Part shown: positions 1-10,146 of the stretch, piece after piece
Layout: the number at the start of each line of letters is the position of its first letter
How positions within the stretch are numbered: the first letter of the stretch is position 1
From: Oscillospiraceae bacterium
GTDB taxonomy: Bacteria; Bacillota; Clostridia; Oscillospirales; UBA644
Length of the DNA: 64,000 nucleotides
Direction of reading: 5' to 3'
Assembly (NCBI GenBank): GCA_015067305.1
Contig: SVMT01000001.1
Location: forward strand, 28,749-92,748
Made by a program: the position numbers and the translations under genes
Notes under the pieces: model-generated
Told to the model about the DNA's origin: nothing
The model's database searches: none
Seen by the model: only the letters and a program-made list of their open reading frames with translations

Positions 1-821
1 CCGACAACGATACCCGTGGGCAAGTGAATAATTCTGATAGCGGAGTCTGTTTTGTTAACGTGCTGACCGCCCGCACCGCTGGCTCTGTGAGTTTCAACTC
101 TCAGATCTTCTTCACGAATTTCGATGGTGTTGTCGTCTTCGATTTCGGGAATTACCTCAACGGACGCAAAAGAAGTGTGTCTTCTGCCTGAGCCGTCGAA
201 AGGTGAAACACGCACAAGGCGGTGAACGCCGTTTTCGGATTTGAGATAACCGTAAGCGTTTACGCCCTCGATAAGAATTTCTGCGCTCTTGATACCTGCT
301 TCGTCGCCGTCAAGAATATCAAGAACTTTCACCTTGTAGCCGTGCTGTTCTCCGAAGCGGATATACATTCTGTAAAGCATAAGTGCCCAGTCCTGAGCTT
401 CCGTACCGCCCGCACCGGGATGAATGGAAATAATTGCATTATTTTTGTCGTATTCGCCGTTGAGAAGTGTTTCGAGAGTCTGCTTTTCAAGCTCTTTTTC
501 TACATTTCCCACAGTTTCCACAATTTCAGCGTCGAATTCGTCTGTCTGTTCTTCGCCTGCAAGTTCAATAAGTGTGTAGCCGTCTTCGCAAAGGCTTTCA
601 AGCGCCGCATACGCCGTAACTTTTTCTTTTATCTGCTTCTGCTCAACGAGAAGTTTCTGGGAAGCTTCCATGTCGCCACTCCAGAAATCAGCCGCACCGC
701 TGATCTTTTCAATCTCAGCAAGTCTTTCCTTGAGAGACTCAAGCTTCATCGCTTCACCAAGCTCCTTGATCTGCTTGCTCAGGTCGTCCAGCTTAAATCT
801 GTAATCATCAAGAATTATCAT
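1..821 (-). CDS. prfB: peptide chain release factor 2, first ~273 codons (3' end lies beyond window start)
   Basis: Minus-strand frame is open from ATG 821 (AAAGGAG 5 nt upstream) to nt 1. It is absent from the ORF track because no stop falls in the window. My translation contains RASGAGGQHVNKTDSAIRIIHLPTGIVV (GGQ loop, RF2-type HVNKT) and LKERLAEIEKISGAADFW. Confidence 0.9.
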   Translation of the reverse strand, partial: MIILDDYRFKLDDLSKQIKELGEAMKLESLKERLAEIEKISGAADFWSGDMEASQKLLVEQKQIKEKVTAYAALESLCEDGYTLIELAGEEQTDEFDAEIVETVGNVEKELEKQTLETLLNGEYDKNNAIISIHPGAGGTEAQDWALMLYRMYIRFGEQHGYKVKVLDILDGDEAGIKSAEILIEGVNAYGYLKSENGVHRLVRVSPFDGSGRRHTSFASVEVIPEIEDDNTIEIREEDLRVETHRASGAGGQHVNKTDSAIRIIHLPTGIVV

Positions 822-856
822 AAAAATCTCCTTTAATACTGTTAGTTTGTTTTTTA

Positions 857-915
857 CGGGAAAACCATTTTTTGTAAAAATAGGTTTTCCCGAACCCTTT
901 CCAAAAAAACTTTTG
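857..915. repeat. R1 REP-like hairpin element
   Basis: CGGGAAAACC-15 nt-GGTTTTCCCG hairpin followed by AACCCTTTCCAAAAAAACTTTTG. Near-identical ~60-nt units occur at 3015, 9549, 12747, 45510 and 49749, and inverted at 21763, 46862 and 54737. Confidence 0.85.
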
Positions 916-1036
916 CCGTGAACAGCACGCTGTTCACATAGGTCATATTAAATCAATATAAATATTTTTCGTTGACTTCCTCCAACAAAACCGAGTTGGG
1001 GAATAATTTTTTTTCAACAGTTTCCACAGCTAACGC

Positions 1037-1051
1037 TATAATGATTATAGA
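1037..1051 (+). promoter_or_regulatory. solo copy of the M135 terminal motif TATAATGATTATAGA (contains a -10 hexamer)
   Basis: Same 15-mer plus following AATT as at 23494-23512. It is preceded by TCAACA at 17-nt spacing. It points antisense into the 1105-2205 gene, so its function is unclear. Confidence 0.3.
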
Positions 1052-1069
1052 AATTAAGAATCTATTCTA

Positions 1070-1097
1070 CTAAAACCTAATACCTATAACCTAAAAC
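1070..1097. repeat. heptad array, CCTAA sense (4 units)
   Basis: CTAAAAC CTAATAC CTATAAC CTAAAAC with a strict 7-nt period. It is complementary to array 2229-2263 on the other side of the same gene. Confidence 0.9.
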
Positions 1098-1104
1098 CTG
1101 ATAT

Positions 1105-2205
1105 CTAAATCTCAAGAACCGTTTCAGCTCTTACTTTATCGGGTTCGGTGAACACAACTTTTGCCTGTCTGCCATCAAGAACGACACCCGCAGCTGCGAA
1201 ACTGTAACCGTTTTCAACACGTTTAAGATCAGCGCCGATAACAACAGGACAAGCCTGACCTCTGTTATCGTTGGGTCCGCCCACTTCAAAGATCTCAGTT
1301 CTGTGCAGATGACCGCAAAGCATAAGGTCGGGTTTAATGTTTTCCTTTACAAGTTCGCACCATTTTGTATAAATATCGCCCTCAATATTGAAGCATGGCG
1401 TAGGGTCTTCCCAAGTAAAAGGATTATGTGCAATGATCAGTTTATATTCGATACCGTCTGCATCATATTCTTTTTCGGCGCAGACTTTTTCAATAAATTT
1501 CGTCTGTCTGAGACGGAAACCGTGGCAACAGATAGTATGACCGTACTCTTCGTTTTCGTCAACTTTATCCTCGCCGCCGTCAACAACAAGACCCCAAACT
1601 TTTCCGAGACGGAAGGTAAAATAAGTATTTCCGTTATCTGTGGGAGACCAGTCGGTAAGTTTGTCGGCGCAAACCCCTCTGAGGTCGTGGTTACCTCTTG
1701 AGAAAATACAGGGTATGGAACCGCCTGTGATGTCAGAACAAATCTCATAGATCACCATGAAATTTTTCTCTTCGCCGCTATGATCAATAATATCACCGTT
1801 AAGAACCAAAAGGTCGATATTTCCAAAGAATTTTGCGCACTCAACGGGGAGCTCACGTCTGCCGTGGGTGTCGGAGAGATGATAGATCCTCAACTCTCTG
1901 TCTGTGGGAAGAGGCTTGAAATCATAATGAACACTTACAGGCTCTTCAGTTTGGGAATGGTAAGGCTTTCTTTCGATCACCTTTCTGTAGCAAACGTCAT
2001 AGCCGCCAGCCTTATCGAGTTCAGCCATTGGAACGGTAAATTTGTGGATATTCTTGGAAGAACGTATAATGCCGTTTATTTCGTCAAAATATTTCTCACC
2101 GCCTACTTCCACCCACATAAGGAGCTCACTCTTAACGGGAAGCATTATCTGATATTCGTCCTTAACGGCAAAAACCGCAGGAGCTGTACAAAATTCTACT
2201 GACAT
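1105..2205 (-). CDS. calcineurin-like metallophosphoesterase
   Basis: 366-aa ORF with the ordered motifs HLSDTHG, LNGDIID, SRGNHD and CGHLH. AAGGAGA lies upstream of the ATG. Confidence 0.85.
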   Translation of the reverse strand: MSVEFCTAPAVFAVKDEYQIMLPVKSELLMWVEVGGEKYFDEINGIIRSSKNIHKFTVPMAELDKAGGYDVCYRKVIERKPYHSQTEEPVSVHYDFKPLPTDRELRIYHLSDTHGRRELPVECAKFFGNIDLLVLNGDIIDHSGEEKNFMVIYEICSDITGGSIPCIFSRGNHDLRGVCADKLTDWSPTDNGNTYFTFRLGKVWGLVVDGGEDKVDENEEYGHTICCHGFRLRQTKFIEKVCAEKEYDADGIEYKLIIAHNPFTWEDPTPCFNIEGDIYTKWCELVKENIKPDLMLCGHLHRTEIFEVGGPNDNRGQACPVVIGADLKRVENGYSFAAAGVVLDGRQAKVVFTEPDKVRAETVLEI

Positions 2206-2228
2206 AGGAATTCTCCTTTTTACTATAT

Positions 2229-2263
2229 TTAGGTTTTAGGTATTAGGTATTAGGTTTTAAGGT
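2229..2263. repeat. heptad array, TTAGG sense (5 units)
   Basis: TTAGGTT TTAGGTA TTAGGTA TTAGGTT TTAAGGT. Inverted partner of 1070-1097. Confidence 0.9.
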
Positions 2264-2274
2264 TTTTGAGATTT

Positions 2275-3000
2275 TCATTTAAAGCTTAAGCCTCTGAAAG
2301 TCTCACCAATAGGTTCTCTTATTACAAGATCTGCCAAATTATCCCTGTTTGTAGGGCTTTTGTTTATCAAAACCAAATTTTTTCCGTGGAAATAGTCGAT
2401 AAGTCCTGCCGCAGGGTAAACAGCCAAAGAAGTGCCGCCTATAATAAGCGTATCCGCCTGTTCTATGGCATGGACCGCACCGCTGACCGTTTCACCGTCA
2501 AGCTGTTCCTCATAAAGAACAACATCGGGCTTAACCACATTTCCGCATTTTTCGCACAAAGGTACACCCACGGAATTTTTTATAAATTCCGCAGAATATG
2601 CCGCACCGCATTTGGTACAGAAATTACGGTGAACAGAACCATGCAACTCAAAAACACGCTGGGATCCTGCCTTTTGGTGGAGTCCATCAATATTTTGAGT
2701 GATCACCGCAGTCAATTTACCTTGTTTTTCAAGCTCAGCCAAGAAAATATGCGCATAATTCGGCATAGCTTCAAGGCATATCATCTTATTTTTATAAAAA
2801 TCGTAAAATTCTTCCGTATTTTCCACAAAAAAACTATGGGAAAGCATTATTTCCGGAGGATATTTGTACTTTTGGTTATACAAACCGTCCACACTTCTGT
2901 AGTCGGGAATTCCGCTTTCCGTGGACACACCTGCCCCTCCGAAAAAAACTATTCTTTCGGAGGAGTGGATTATTGATTTCAATTTTTCAATTTCAGTCAT
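2275..3000 (-). CDS. cobB: NAD-dependent protein deacylase, Sir2 family
   Basis: 241-aa ORF with GAGVSTESGIPDYRS, TQNIDGLH and Zn-ribbon CxxC...CxxC (CTKCG, CEKCG). Confidence 0.9.
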   Translation of the reverse strand: MTEIEKLKSIIHSSERIVFFGGAGVSTESGIPDYRSVDGLYNQKYKYPPEIMLSHSFFVENTEEFYDFYKNKMICLEAMPNYAHIFLAELEKQGKLTAVITQNIDGLHQKAGSQRVFELHGSVHRNFCTKCGAAYSAEFIKNSVGVPLCEKCGNVVKPDVVLYEEQLDGETVSGAVHAIEQADTLIIGGTSLAVYPAAGLIDYFHGKNLVLINKSPTNRDNLADLVIREPIGETFRGLSFK

Positions 3001-3014
3001 GATTTTTTACTTAT

Positions 3015-3083
3015 GGGGAAACCTTATTTTCACGGAAAAATAAGGTTTCCCCAAACCCCTTCCAACAAAACCGAGTTTGGGGG
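3015..3083. repeat. R1 REP-like hairpin element (variant)
   Basis: GGGGAAACCTTATTTT-loop-AAAATAAGGTTTCCCC followed by AAACCCCTTCCAACAAAACCGAGTTTGGGGG. Confidence 0.8.
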
Positions 3084-3127
3084 AATTTTTATAAATTAAA
3101 TTTATTTAAGCAGTATATTATTTTCAA

Positions 3128-3148
3128 TTCTGCATTTTGCATTGTGCG
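3128..3148. repeat. TGCA heptad array (3 units)
   Basis: TTCTGCA TTTTGCA TTGTGCG just 3' of the glyQS stop. 3131-3146 is the exact reverse complement of 9021-9036. Confidence 0.85.
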
Positions 3149-3153
3149 AAGCA

Positions 3154-4545
3154 CTAAAATTCGCAACGCTTTTCAATATATGCTCTGAGATCCTCGATCT
3201 TGATTCTTTCCTGAGCCATTGTGTCACGGTCACGGATAGTTACGCAGCCGTCATTTTCGCTGTCAAAGTCGTAAGTAATGCAGAAAGGTGTACCGATTTC
3301 GTCCTGTCTTCTGTATCTCTTACCGATAGAACCTGCATCGTCGAATTCAACATTGAAATATTTTCTGAGTTCGTCGAAAACAACGCCTGCTTTATCGTTG
3401 AGTTTCTTGGAAAGGGGAAGAACAGCCGCCTTAACGGGAGCAAGTGCGGGGTGGAAGTGCATAACTGTTCTGATGTCGGGTTTTTCGGGGTCTGTGGAAA
3501 TATTTTCCTCGTCGTAAGCTTCGCAAAGGAACGCAAGAACAACACGGTCAGCACCGAGAGAGGGTTCGATTACGTAAGGAATATAGTGTTCGTTTGTTTC
3601 CTGGTCAAAATATTCCATATTTTCACCGGAAGTATTCTGATGCTGAGTAAGGTCGAAGTCAGTTCTGTCAGCAATACCCCAAAGTTCGCCCCAACCGAAG
3701 GGGAATACGAATTCGAAGTCTGTTGTAGCGTTGGAATAGTGGGAAAGTTCTTCGGGATCGTGGTCACGGAGTCTGAGGTTTTCTTCCTTGATTCCGAGAC
3801 TCAAAAGCCAATTTTTGCAGAAATCTTTCCAGTATGCGAACCATTCAAGGTCTGTACCGGGTTTGCAGAAGAATTCAAGTTCCATCTGTTCGAATTCACG
3901 TGTTCTGAATGTGAAGTTACCCGGTGTGATCTCATTTCTGAAGCTCTTACCGATCTGACCGATACCAAAGGGAAGCTTCTTTCTTGTTGTACGCTGAACG
4001 TTTTTGAAGTTTACGAAAATACCCTGAGCTGTTTCTGGACGGAGATAGATCTCAGATTTGCTGTCTTCAGTAACGCCCTGGAATGTTTTGAACATAAGGT
4101 TGAATTTACGGATATCTGTGAAATCTTCAGCGCCGCATTCGGGACATTTAACATGGTTTTCTTTGATGTACTGAGCCATCTGTTCGTTGGACCAACCGTT
4201 GCAAACTACGCCGAGATCTTCGAGGATCTTATCTGCTCTGTGTCTTGTTTTGCAAGCTTTACAGTCCATAAGGGGGTCACTAAAACCGCCAACGTGACCG
4301 GAAGCCACCCATGTCTTGGGGTTCATGAGGATAGCGCAGTCAAGACCTACGTTATATTCGGATTCACGGACAAATTTTTTCCACCAAGCGTTTTTTACGT
4401 TGTTTTTCAGTTCAACGCCGAGAGGGCCGTAGTCCCATGTATTGGAAAGACCGCCGTAAATTTCAGAGCCCGCAAAGATGAAACCTCTGTTTTTGCAAAG
4501 TGCGGTTACTTTCTCCATTGTTTTTTCATTATTCTTCATTTGCAT
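3154..4545 (-). CDS. glyQS: glycine--tRNA ligase (homodimeric class II)
   Basis: 463-aa ORF containing [34 protein letters not shown]. The likely real start is ATG 4539 (AGAGGT 7 nt upstream). It overlaps the gyrA stop. Confidence 0.95.
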   Translation of the reverse strand: MQMKNNEKTMEKVTALCKNRGFIFAGSEIYGGLSNTWDYGPLGVELKNNVKNAWWKKFVRESEYNVGLDCAILMNPKTWVASGHVGGFSDPLMDCKACKTRHRADKILEDLGVVCNGWSNEQMAQYIKENHVKCPECGAEDFTDIRKFNLMFKTFQGVTEDSKSEIYLRPETAQGIFVNFKNVQRTTRKKLPFGIGQIGKSFRNEITPGNFTFRTREFEQMELEFFCKPGTDLEWFAYWKDFCKNWLLSLGIKEENLRLRDHDPEELSHYSNATTDFEFVFPFGWGELWGIADRTDFDLTQHQNTSGENMEYFDQETNEHYIPYVIEPSLGADRVVLAFLCEAYDEENISTDPEKPDIRTVMHFHPALAPVKAAVLPLSKKLNDKAGVVFDELRKYFNVEFDDAGSIGKRYRRQDEIGTPFCITYDFDSENDGCVTIRDRDTMAQERIKIEDLRAYIEKRCEF

Positions 4546-7048
4546 TTACCTCTGTTTCTGCATTTTCAATATTTTCATTTTCTTCATCGTTCTGGGCGAT
4601 GGTTGCGATATTGACTACTTTTACGCCTTCGTCAAATCTCATTATACGAACACCGTTGGAAGCTCTGCCGTAAACGGGAATTTCCGCAAGTTTAGTTCTG
4701 ATGATGTTTCCGTCGGAAGAAATTACGATAAGGTCATCGTTTTCACCGACTTTTCTGATACCCGCAAGCTGACCTGTCTTTTCTGTAATGTTCTGACCGA
4801 TAATACCCTTACCGCCTCTTGTCTGAGGTCTGTAATCTTCAACGGGACTGCGTTTTCCGTAGCCGTTTTCGGTAATTGTAAGTACCTGTTCACCGTCACT
4901 TACAGCAACAGCTCCAACGACATATTCGCCCTCTTCAAGACGGATAGAACGAACACCGCGGGCATTTCTGCCCATAACTCTGGCATCGTTTTCATCGTAT
5001 CTGATGGTAAGACCTGTATTTGCCGCAACGAGCATTGTCTGGTTACCGTCGGTAAGTCTTACGGATACAAGTACGTCGCCTTCGTCAAGTTCAACAGCAT
5101 TGAGACCTGTTTTTCTGATATTCTTGAAATCGGTCATCTTACTGCGTTTTGTTACACCGTTTCTGGTGAACATATTGAAATATTTATCTTCTTCAAGCTC
5201 ATTTACGGGAATTATCGCCGTAACTTTTTCGCCTTCCTGGAGTGAAAGGAGATTTACCACATTCATACCCTTTGCCTGACGTGAAGATTCGGGGATGTTG
5301 TAACCCTTTATCTTGTGAACTCTGCCGAGAGTTGTGAAGAACATCAGATTTGTATGAGTGGAAGCGGTAATAAGCTCTTCAACGAAATCTTCTTCTTTTG
5401 TGGTGAGAGCCATAACGCCTTTACCGCCGCGTTTCTGAACCTTATAGTTTTCTTCGGAAAGACGCTTGATATAACCGTGATTTGTGAGCGTATAAACACA
5501 GTTTTTCTCTTCGATGAGGTCTTCGATATCAATTTCGTCCTCAACATCCTGAATTTCAGTAACTCTGTCGTCGCCGAATCTGTCACTTATTTCTGTAAGC
5601 TCATCACGGAGAACGCCTATGAGCATTTCTTCGGAGTCAAGAAGCTGCTTATAGTATTCGATCTTCTTTTCAAGCTCTTCGTATTCTGCTTTGAGCTTTT
5701 CTTCTTCAAGACCCTGAAGTGCTTTAAGTCTCATTTCGAGGATAGCAGAAGCCTGAACTTCGGAAAGACCGAACCTTTCCATAAGATTTTCTTTAGCGTT
5801 ATCGTAGGAATTTCTGATAATTCTGATAACTTCGTCAATATTTTCCTGAGCAATGAGGAGACCTTCGAGAAGATGTGCTCTTTCCTGAGCTTTTCTCAAG
5901 TCATATCGTGTTCTTCTGATGATAATTTCTTTCTGATGCGCAATATATTCATCGAGAATATTTCTCAAAGAAAGGATCTTGGGCTGGGACTGGTTATTTA
6001 CAAGCGCAAGCATATTGACAGCAAAAGTGGTCTGCATCTGCGTCTGAGAGAAAAGTTTATTGAGAACTACCTGAGAATTTGCGTCTTTTCTCAATTCAAT
6101 AACGATCCTCATACCGTTTCTGTCTGATTCATCACGGATATCGGAGATACCTTCGAGACGTTTTTCACGAACCTGATCCGCAATGGACGCAATAAGCATA
6201 CGCTTGTTTACCTGATAGGGAAGTTCAGTAACGATTATTCTTACTCTGTCTTTGCCGAATTCTTCAAATTCTGTTCTCGCTCTTACTGTAATATGTCCGC
6301 GACCTGTAGCATAAGCGGCTCTGATGCCTTTTCTGCCGAGGATTATACCCTTTGTGGGGAAGTCGGGACCGTGAACACATTCCAGAAGTTCTTCAAGAGA
6401 AGCATCGGGATTATCAAGAACCAATTTTGTAGCGTCAATTACTTCTCTCAGGTTATGGGGAGGAATATTTGTCGCCATACCGACAGCGATACCTGAAGAA
6501 CCGTTTACAAGCAAGTTGGGAAAACGGCTGGGGAGAACACGGGGTTCTTTTCTTGTTTCGTCAAAGTTAGGATCCCAGTCAACGGTCTCTTTTTCAATAT
6601 CGTTGAGCATTTCATCGGCAATTCTGCTCATTCTTGCTTCCGTATAACGGTAAGCAGCAGGGGGGTCACCGTCCACAGAACCGAAGTTACCGTGACCGTC
6701 AATGAGAGGATATCTCATGGAGAAATCCTGCGCAAGTCTTACGAGTGCGTCATAAACTGATGCGTCACCGTGGGGATGATATCTACCGAGAACGTCACCG
6801 ACTGCAGTAGCACATTTACGGAAAGGCTTGTCTCTCGTAAGTCCGTCCTCGTACATAGCATAAAGTATTCTTCTGTGAACGGGTTTAAGACCGTCACGTA
6901 CATCGGGCAGCGCACGTCCTACGATAACGGACATGGCGTACTCGATATAGCTCTGTTTCATTTCCTGAACAAGTTCAGTGGAAGTTATGACCTGGTCGGG
7001 AAACATTATATCTTCCGGTTTATAATCTACATTTTTTCTTTTAGCCAC
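4529..7048 (-). CDS. gyrA: DNA gyrase subunit A
   Basis: 839-aa ORF with [20 protein letters not shown] and [10 protein letters not shown] (active-site Tyr region), plus an acidic C-terminal tail. Confidence 0.97.
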   Translation of the reverse strand: MAKRKNVDYKPEDIMFPDQVITSTELVQEMKQSYIEYAMSVIVGRALPDVRDGLKPVHRRILYAMYEDGLTRDKPFRKCATAVGDVLGRYHPHGDASVYDALVRLAQDFSMRYPLIDGHGNFGSVDGDPPAAYRYTEARMSRIADEMLNDIEKETVDWDPNFDETRKEPRVLPSRFPNLLVNGSSGIAVGMATNIPPHNLREVIDATKLVLDNPDASLEELLECVHGPDFPTKGIILGRKGIRAAYATGRGHITVRARTEFEEFGKDRVRIIVTELPYQVNKRMLIASIADQVREKRLEGISDIRDESDRNGMRIVIELRKDANSQVVLNKLFSQTQMQTTFAVNMLALVNNQSQPKILSLRNILDEYIAHQKEIIIRRTRYDLRKAQERAHLLEGLLIAQENIDEVIRIIRNSYDNAKENLMERFGLSEVQASAILEMRLKALQGLEEEKLKAEYEELEKKIEYYKQLLDSEEMLIGVLRDELTEISDRFGDDRVTEIQDVEDEIDIEDLIEEKNCVYTLTNHGYIKRLSEENYKVQKRGGKGVMALTTKEEDFVEELITASTHTNLMFFTTLGRVHKIKGYNIPESSRQAKGMNVVNLLSLQEGEKVTAIIPVNELEEDKYFNMFTRNGVTKRSKMTDFKNIRKTGLNAVELDEGDVLVSVRLTDGNQTMLVAANTGLTIRYDENDARVMGRNARGVRSIRLEEGEYVVGAVAVSDGEQVLTITENGYGKRSPVEDYRPQTRGGKGIIGQNITEKTGQLAGIRKVGENDDLIVISSDGNIIRTKLAEIPVYGRASNGVRIMRFDEGVKVVNIATIAQNDEENENIENAETEVNANEE

Positions 7049-7061
7049 AACAACTCACCTC

Positions 7062-8996
<1,935 letters not shown>

Positions 8997-9020
8997 CTAT
9001 ATTTCCTCCTATGTGCTTTA

Positions 9021-9135
9021 CACAATGCAAAATGCAAAACGCAGGATGCGTAATGCAAAATTCAGAATGCATAATGCAAAATGAAAGCGTATTTTATCTT
9101 AATAAATGCATAATGCAAAATGCAAGATGCAAAAC
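9021..9135. repeat. TGCA heptad arrays in the gyrB 5' region
   Basis: TGCAAAA TGCAAAA CGCAGGA TGCGTAA TGCAAAA TTCAGAA TGCATAA TGCAAAA, then a second block at 9105-9135. Period is 7 nt. Confidence 0.85.
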
Positions 9136-9243
9136 TATAACATATTTTTATCTTACAAAAAAATATAAAAATTTATTATTTGTTAAATAAATGGAAAACT
9201 GTAAAAAATGCGGCAGAGATTAGTAGTTACAAATCATAACCAA

Positions 9244-9264
9244 TTTTGCATTCTGCATCCTGCA
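9244..9264. repeat. TGCA heptad array (3 units, opposite sense to 9021-9135)
   Basis: TTTTGCA TTCTGCA TCCTGCA immediately 3' of the remB stop. Confidence 0.85.
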
Positions 9265-9268
9265 TTTT

Positions 9269-9520
9269 TTAAAACTTCATTTCTCTTTTAATAAGAGTTG
9301 ATGTGTTGTACTGCGTAACATAAACTGTCGTTTTGCCTTTTTCACTGCATACAACAAATGATCTTGGAAGATCGTAAGTGGTGTAAACCACCTTGTGAGA
9401 CTTTTGCGCCAATGAAAGATATTTGTTCGTGATCGGAGACACCGTAGTCGTCTCTATGTCAAATATCCCCAAAATATCCTTATCGTTTATAACGTAATTC
9501 GCACCTAAATGTAAGTACAT
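9269..9520 (-). CDS. remB: DUF370 protein, RemB/YaaB-like
   Basis: 83-aa ORF starting MYLHLGANYVINDKDILGIFD and ending STLIKR. It occupies the recF-gyrB position held by B. subtilis yaaB/remB. Confidence 0.75.
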   Translation of the reverse strand: MYLHLGANYVINDKDILGIFDIETTTVSPITNKYLSLAQKSHKVVYTTYDLPRSFVVCSEKGKTTVYVTQYNTSTLIKREMKF

Positions 9521-9548
9521 GATTTATCTCCATTAAGTGTGAGTTTCT

Positions 9549-9607
9549 CGGAAAAACCATTTTTTGTAAAAATAGATTTTACCGAACCTTTTCCAAAAAA
9601 CTTTTAG
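9549..9607. repeat. R1 REP-like hairpin element
   Basis: CGGAAAAACCATTTTTTGTAAAAATAGATTTTACCGAACCTTTTCCAAAAAAACTTTTAG. Confidence 0.85.
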
Positions 9608-9672
9608 ACCGGATTCCTACTAAATTTTTATTTAAAAAATTAGTTATAATCAAATTATTTATTCTTTTGTCA

Positions 9673-9701
9673 TTGACAAACTAAAAAATATATTATATAA
9701 T
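9673..9701 (+). promoter_or_regulatory. consensus sigma-A promoter of the small-peptide (toxin-like) transcript
   Basis: TTGACA 9673-9678, exact 17-nt spacer, TATAAT 9696-9701. Confidence 0.75.
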
Positions 9702-9794
9702 ATTTCCGGAGTTACCAAACGGGTGCGGTCACTTTCTCTGTGTAGAGGAAGTTGAAATCTTTTTACCTTCCTCTGAAACGAGGGAGGTGATACT

Positions 9795-9893
9795 ATGGAA
9801 TACATAACATTAAGTGAACTCATAGAGTTTTGCACTATGATCTTTACCATTGTCAGTATTGTCTATATCATATCTAACGATAAAAAAAGATAA
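9795..9893 (+). CDS. 32-aa hydrophobic peptide, candidate type I toxin (holin-like small toxin type)
   Basis: GAGGGAGG lies 6 nt upstream of the ATG. Translation is MEYITLSELIEFCTMIFTIVSIVYIISNDKKR: one predicted TM helix and a basic tail. It is below the ORF-track size cut-off. Confidence 0.55.
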   Translation: MEYITLSELIEFCTMIFTIVSIVYIISNDKKR

Positions 9894-9968
9894 CCGCCTA
9901 CACGTCCAAAGTTTGCGGTTATCATAAGCAAATATGAGGAAGTGACCGTTACCGGTAACTCCTTTTCT
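9882..9968 (-). ncRNA. ~87-nt convergent antisense RNA, candidate type I antitoxin
   Basis: Runs from the consensus promoter at 9975-10003 to hairpin GATAACCGC/GCGGTTATC (9923-9889), followed by T7 on the minus strand. It overlaps the last 12 nt of the peptide ORF and its 3' UTR. A paralog lies at 36392-36478. Confidence 0.55.
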
Positions 9969-9974
9969 GTTTAT

Positions 9975-10003
9975 ATTATAACATAATATTTTTGCTTTGT
10001 CAA
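9975..10003 (-). promoter_or_regulatory. consensus sigma-A promoter of the antisense RNA
   Basis: Minus strand reads TTGACA (10003-9998), 17-nt spacer, TATAAT (9980-9975). Confidence 0.75.
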
Positions 10004-10111
10004 CAGCCAAAAAGGAATTTTCTATTAATTCCAGGCTGTTTTTATTTTTGCAAAAACAGACCGCAAATATAATATTTAATTTTTAACTAAAGCCTTAGTA
10101 TCAAGTAAAAC

Positions 10112-10146
10112 CTAATACCTAACACCTAAAACCTATAACCTAACAC
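10112..10146. repeat. heptad array, CCTAA sense on plus strand (5 units)
   Basis: CTAATAC CTAACAC CTAAAAC CTATAAC CTAACAC, abutting the recF stop codon. It reads as UAG-N4 repeats in the recF 3' UTR. Confidence 0.9.

Noticed and set aside
700-821. Looked for the programmed +1 frameshift site (CUU UGA C near codon 25) typical of prfB
   Set aside because: The minus-strand frame reads straight through from ATG 821 (MIILDDYRFKLDDLSKQIKELGEAMKLESLKERLAEIE...) with no in-frame stop. This prfB appears to lack the frameshift.
222-836. 204-aa plus-strand ORF from the track
   Set aside because: It lies entirely antisense to an unmistakable prfB reading frame (GGQ motif). It has no RBS and a low-complexity F/V/K-rich translation, so it is a shadow ORF.
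3142-4614. 490-aa plus-strand ORF
   Set aside because: It is antisense to glyQS over its full length and its translation is Cys/Phe/Val-rich with no motifs. It is a typical shadow of a strongly biased coding strand.
9659-10010. Two minus-strand ORFs (63 and 66 aa) in the remB-recF spacer
   Set aside because: They have no RBS and span promoter and terminator elements. The locus is better explained by the small plus-strand peptide gene and the antisense RNA.
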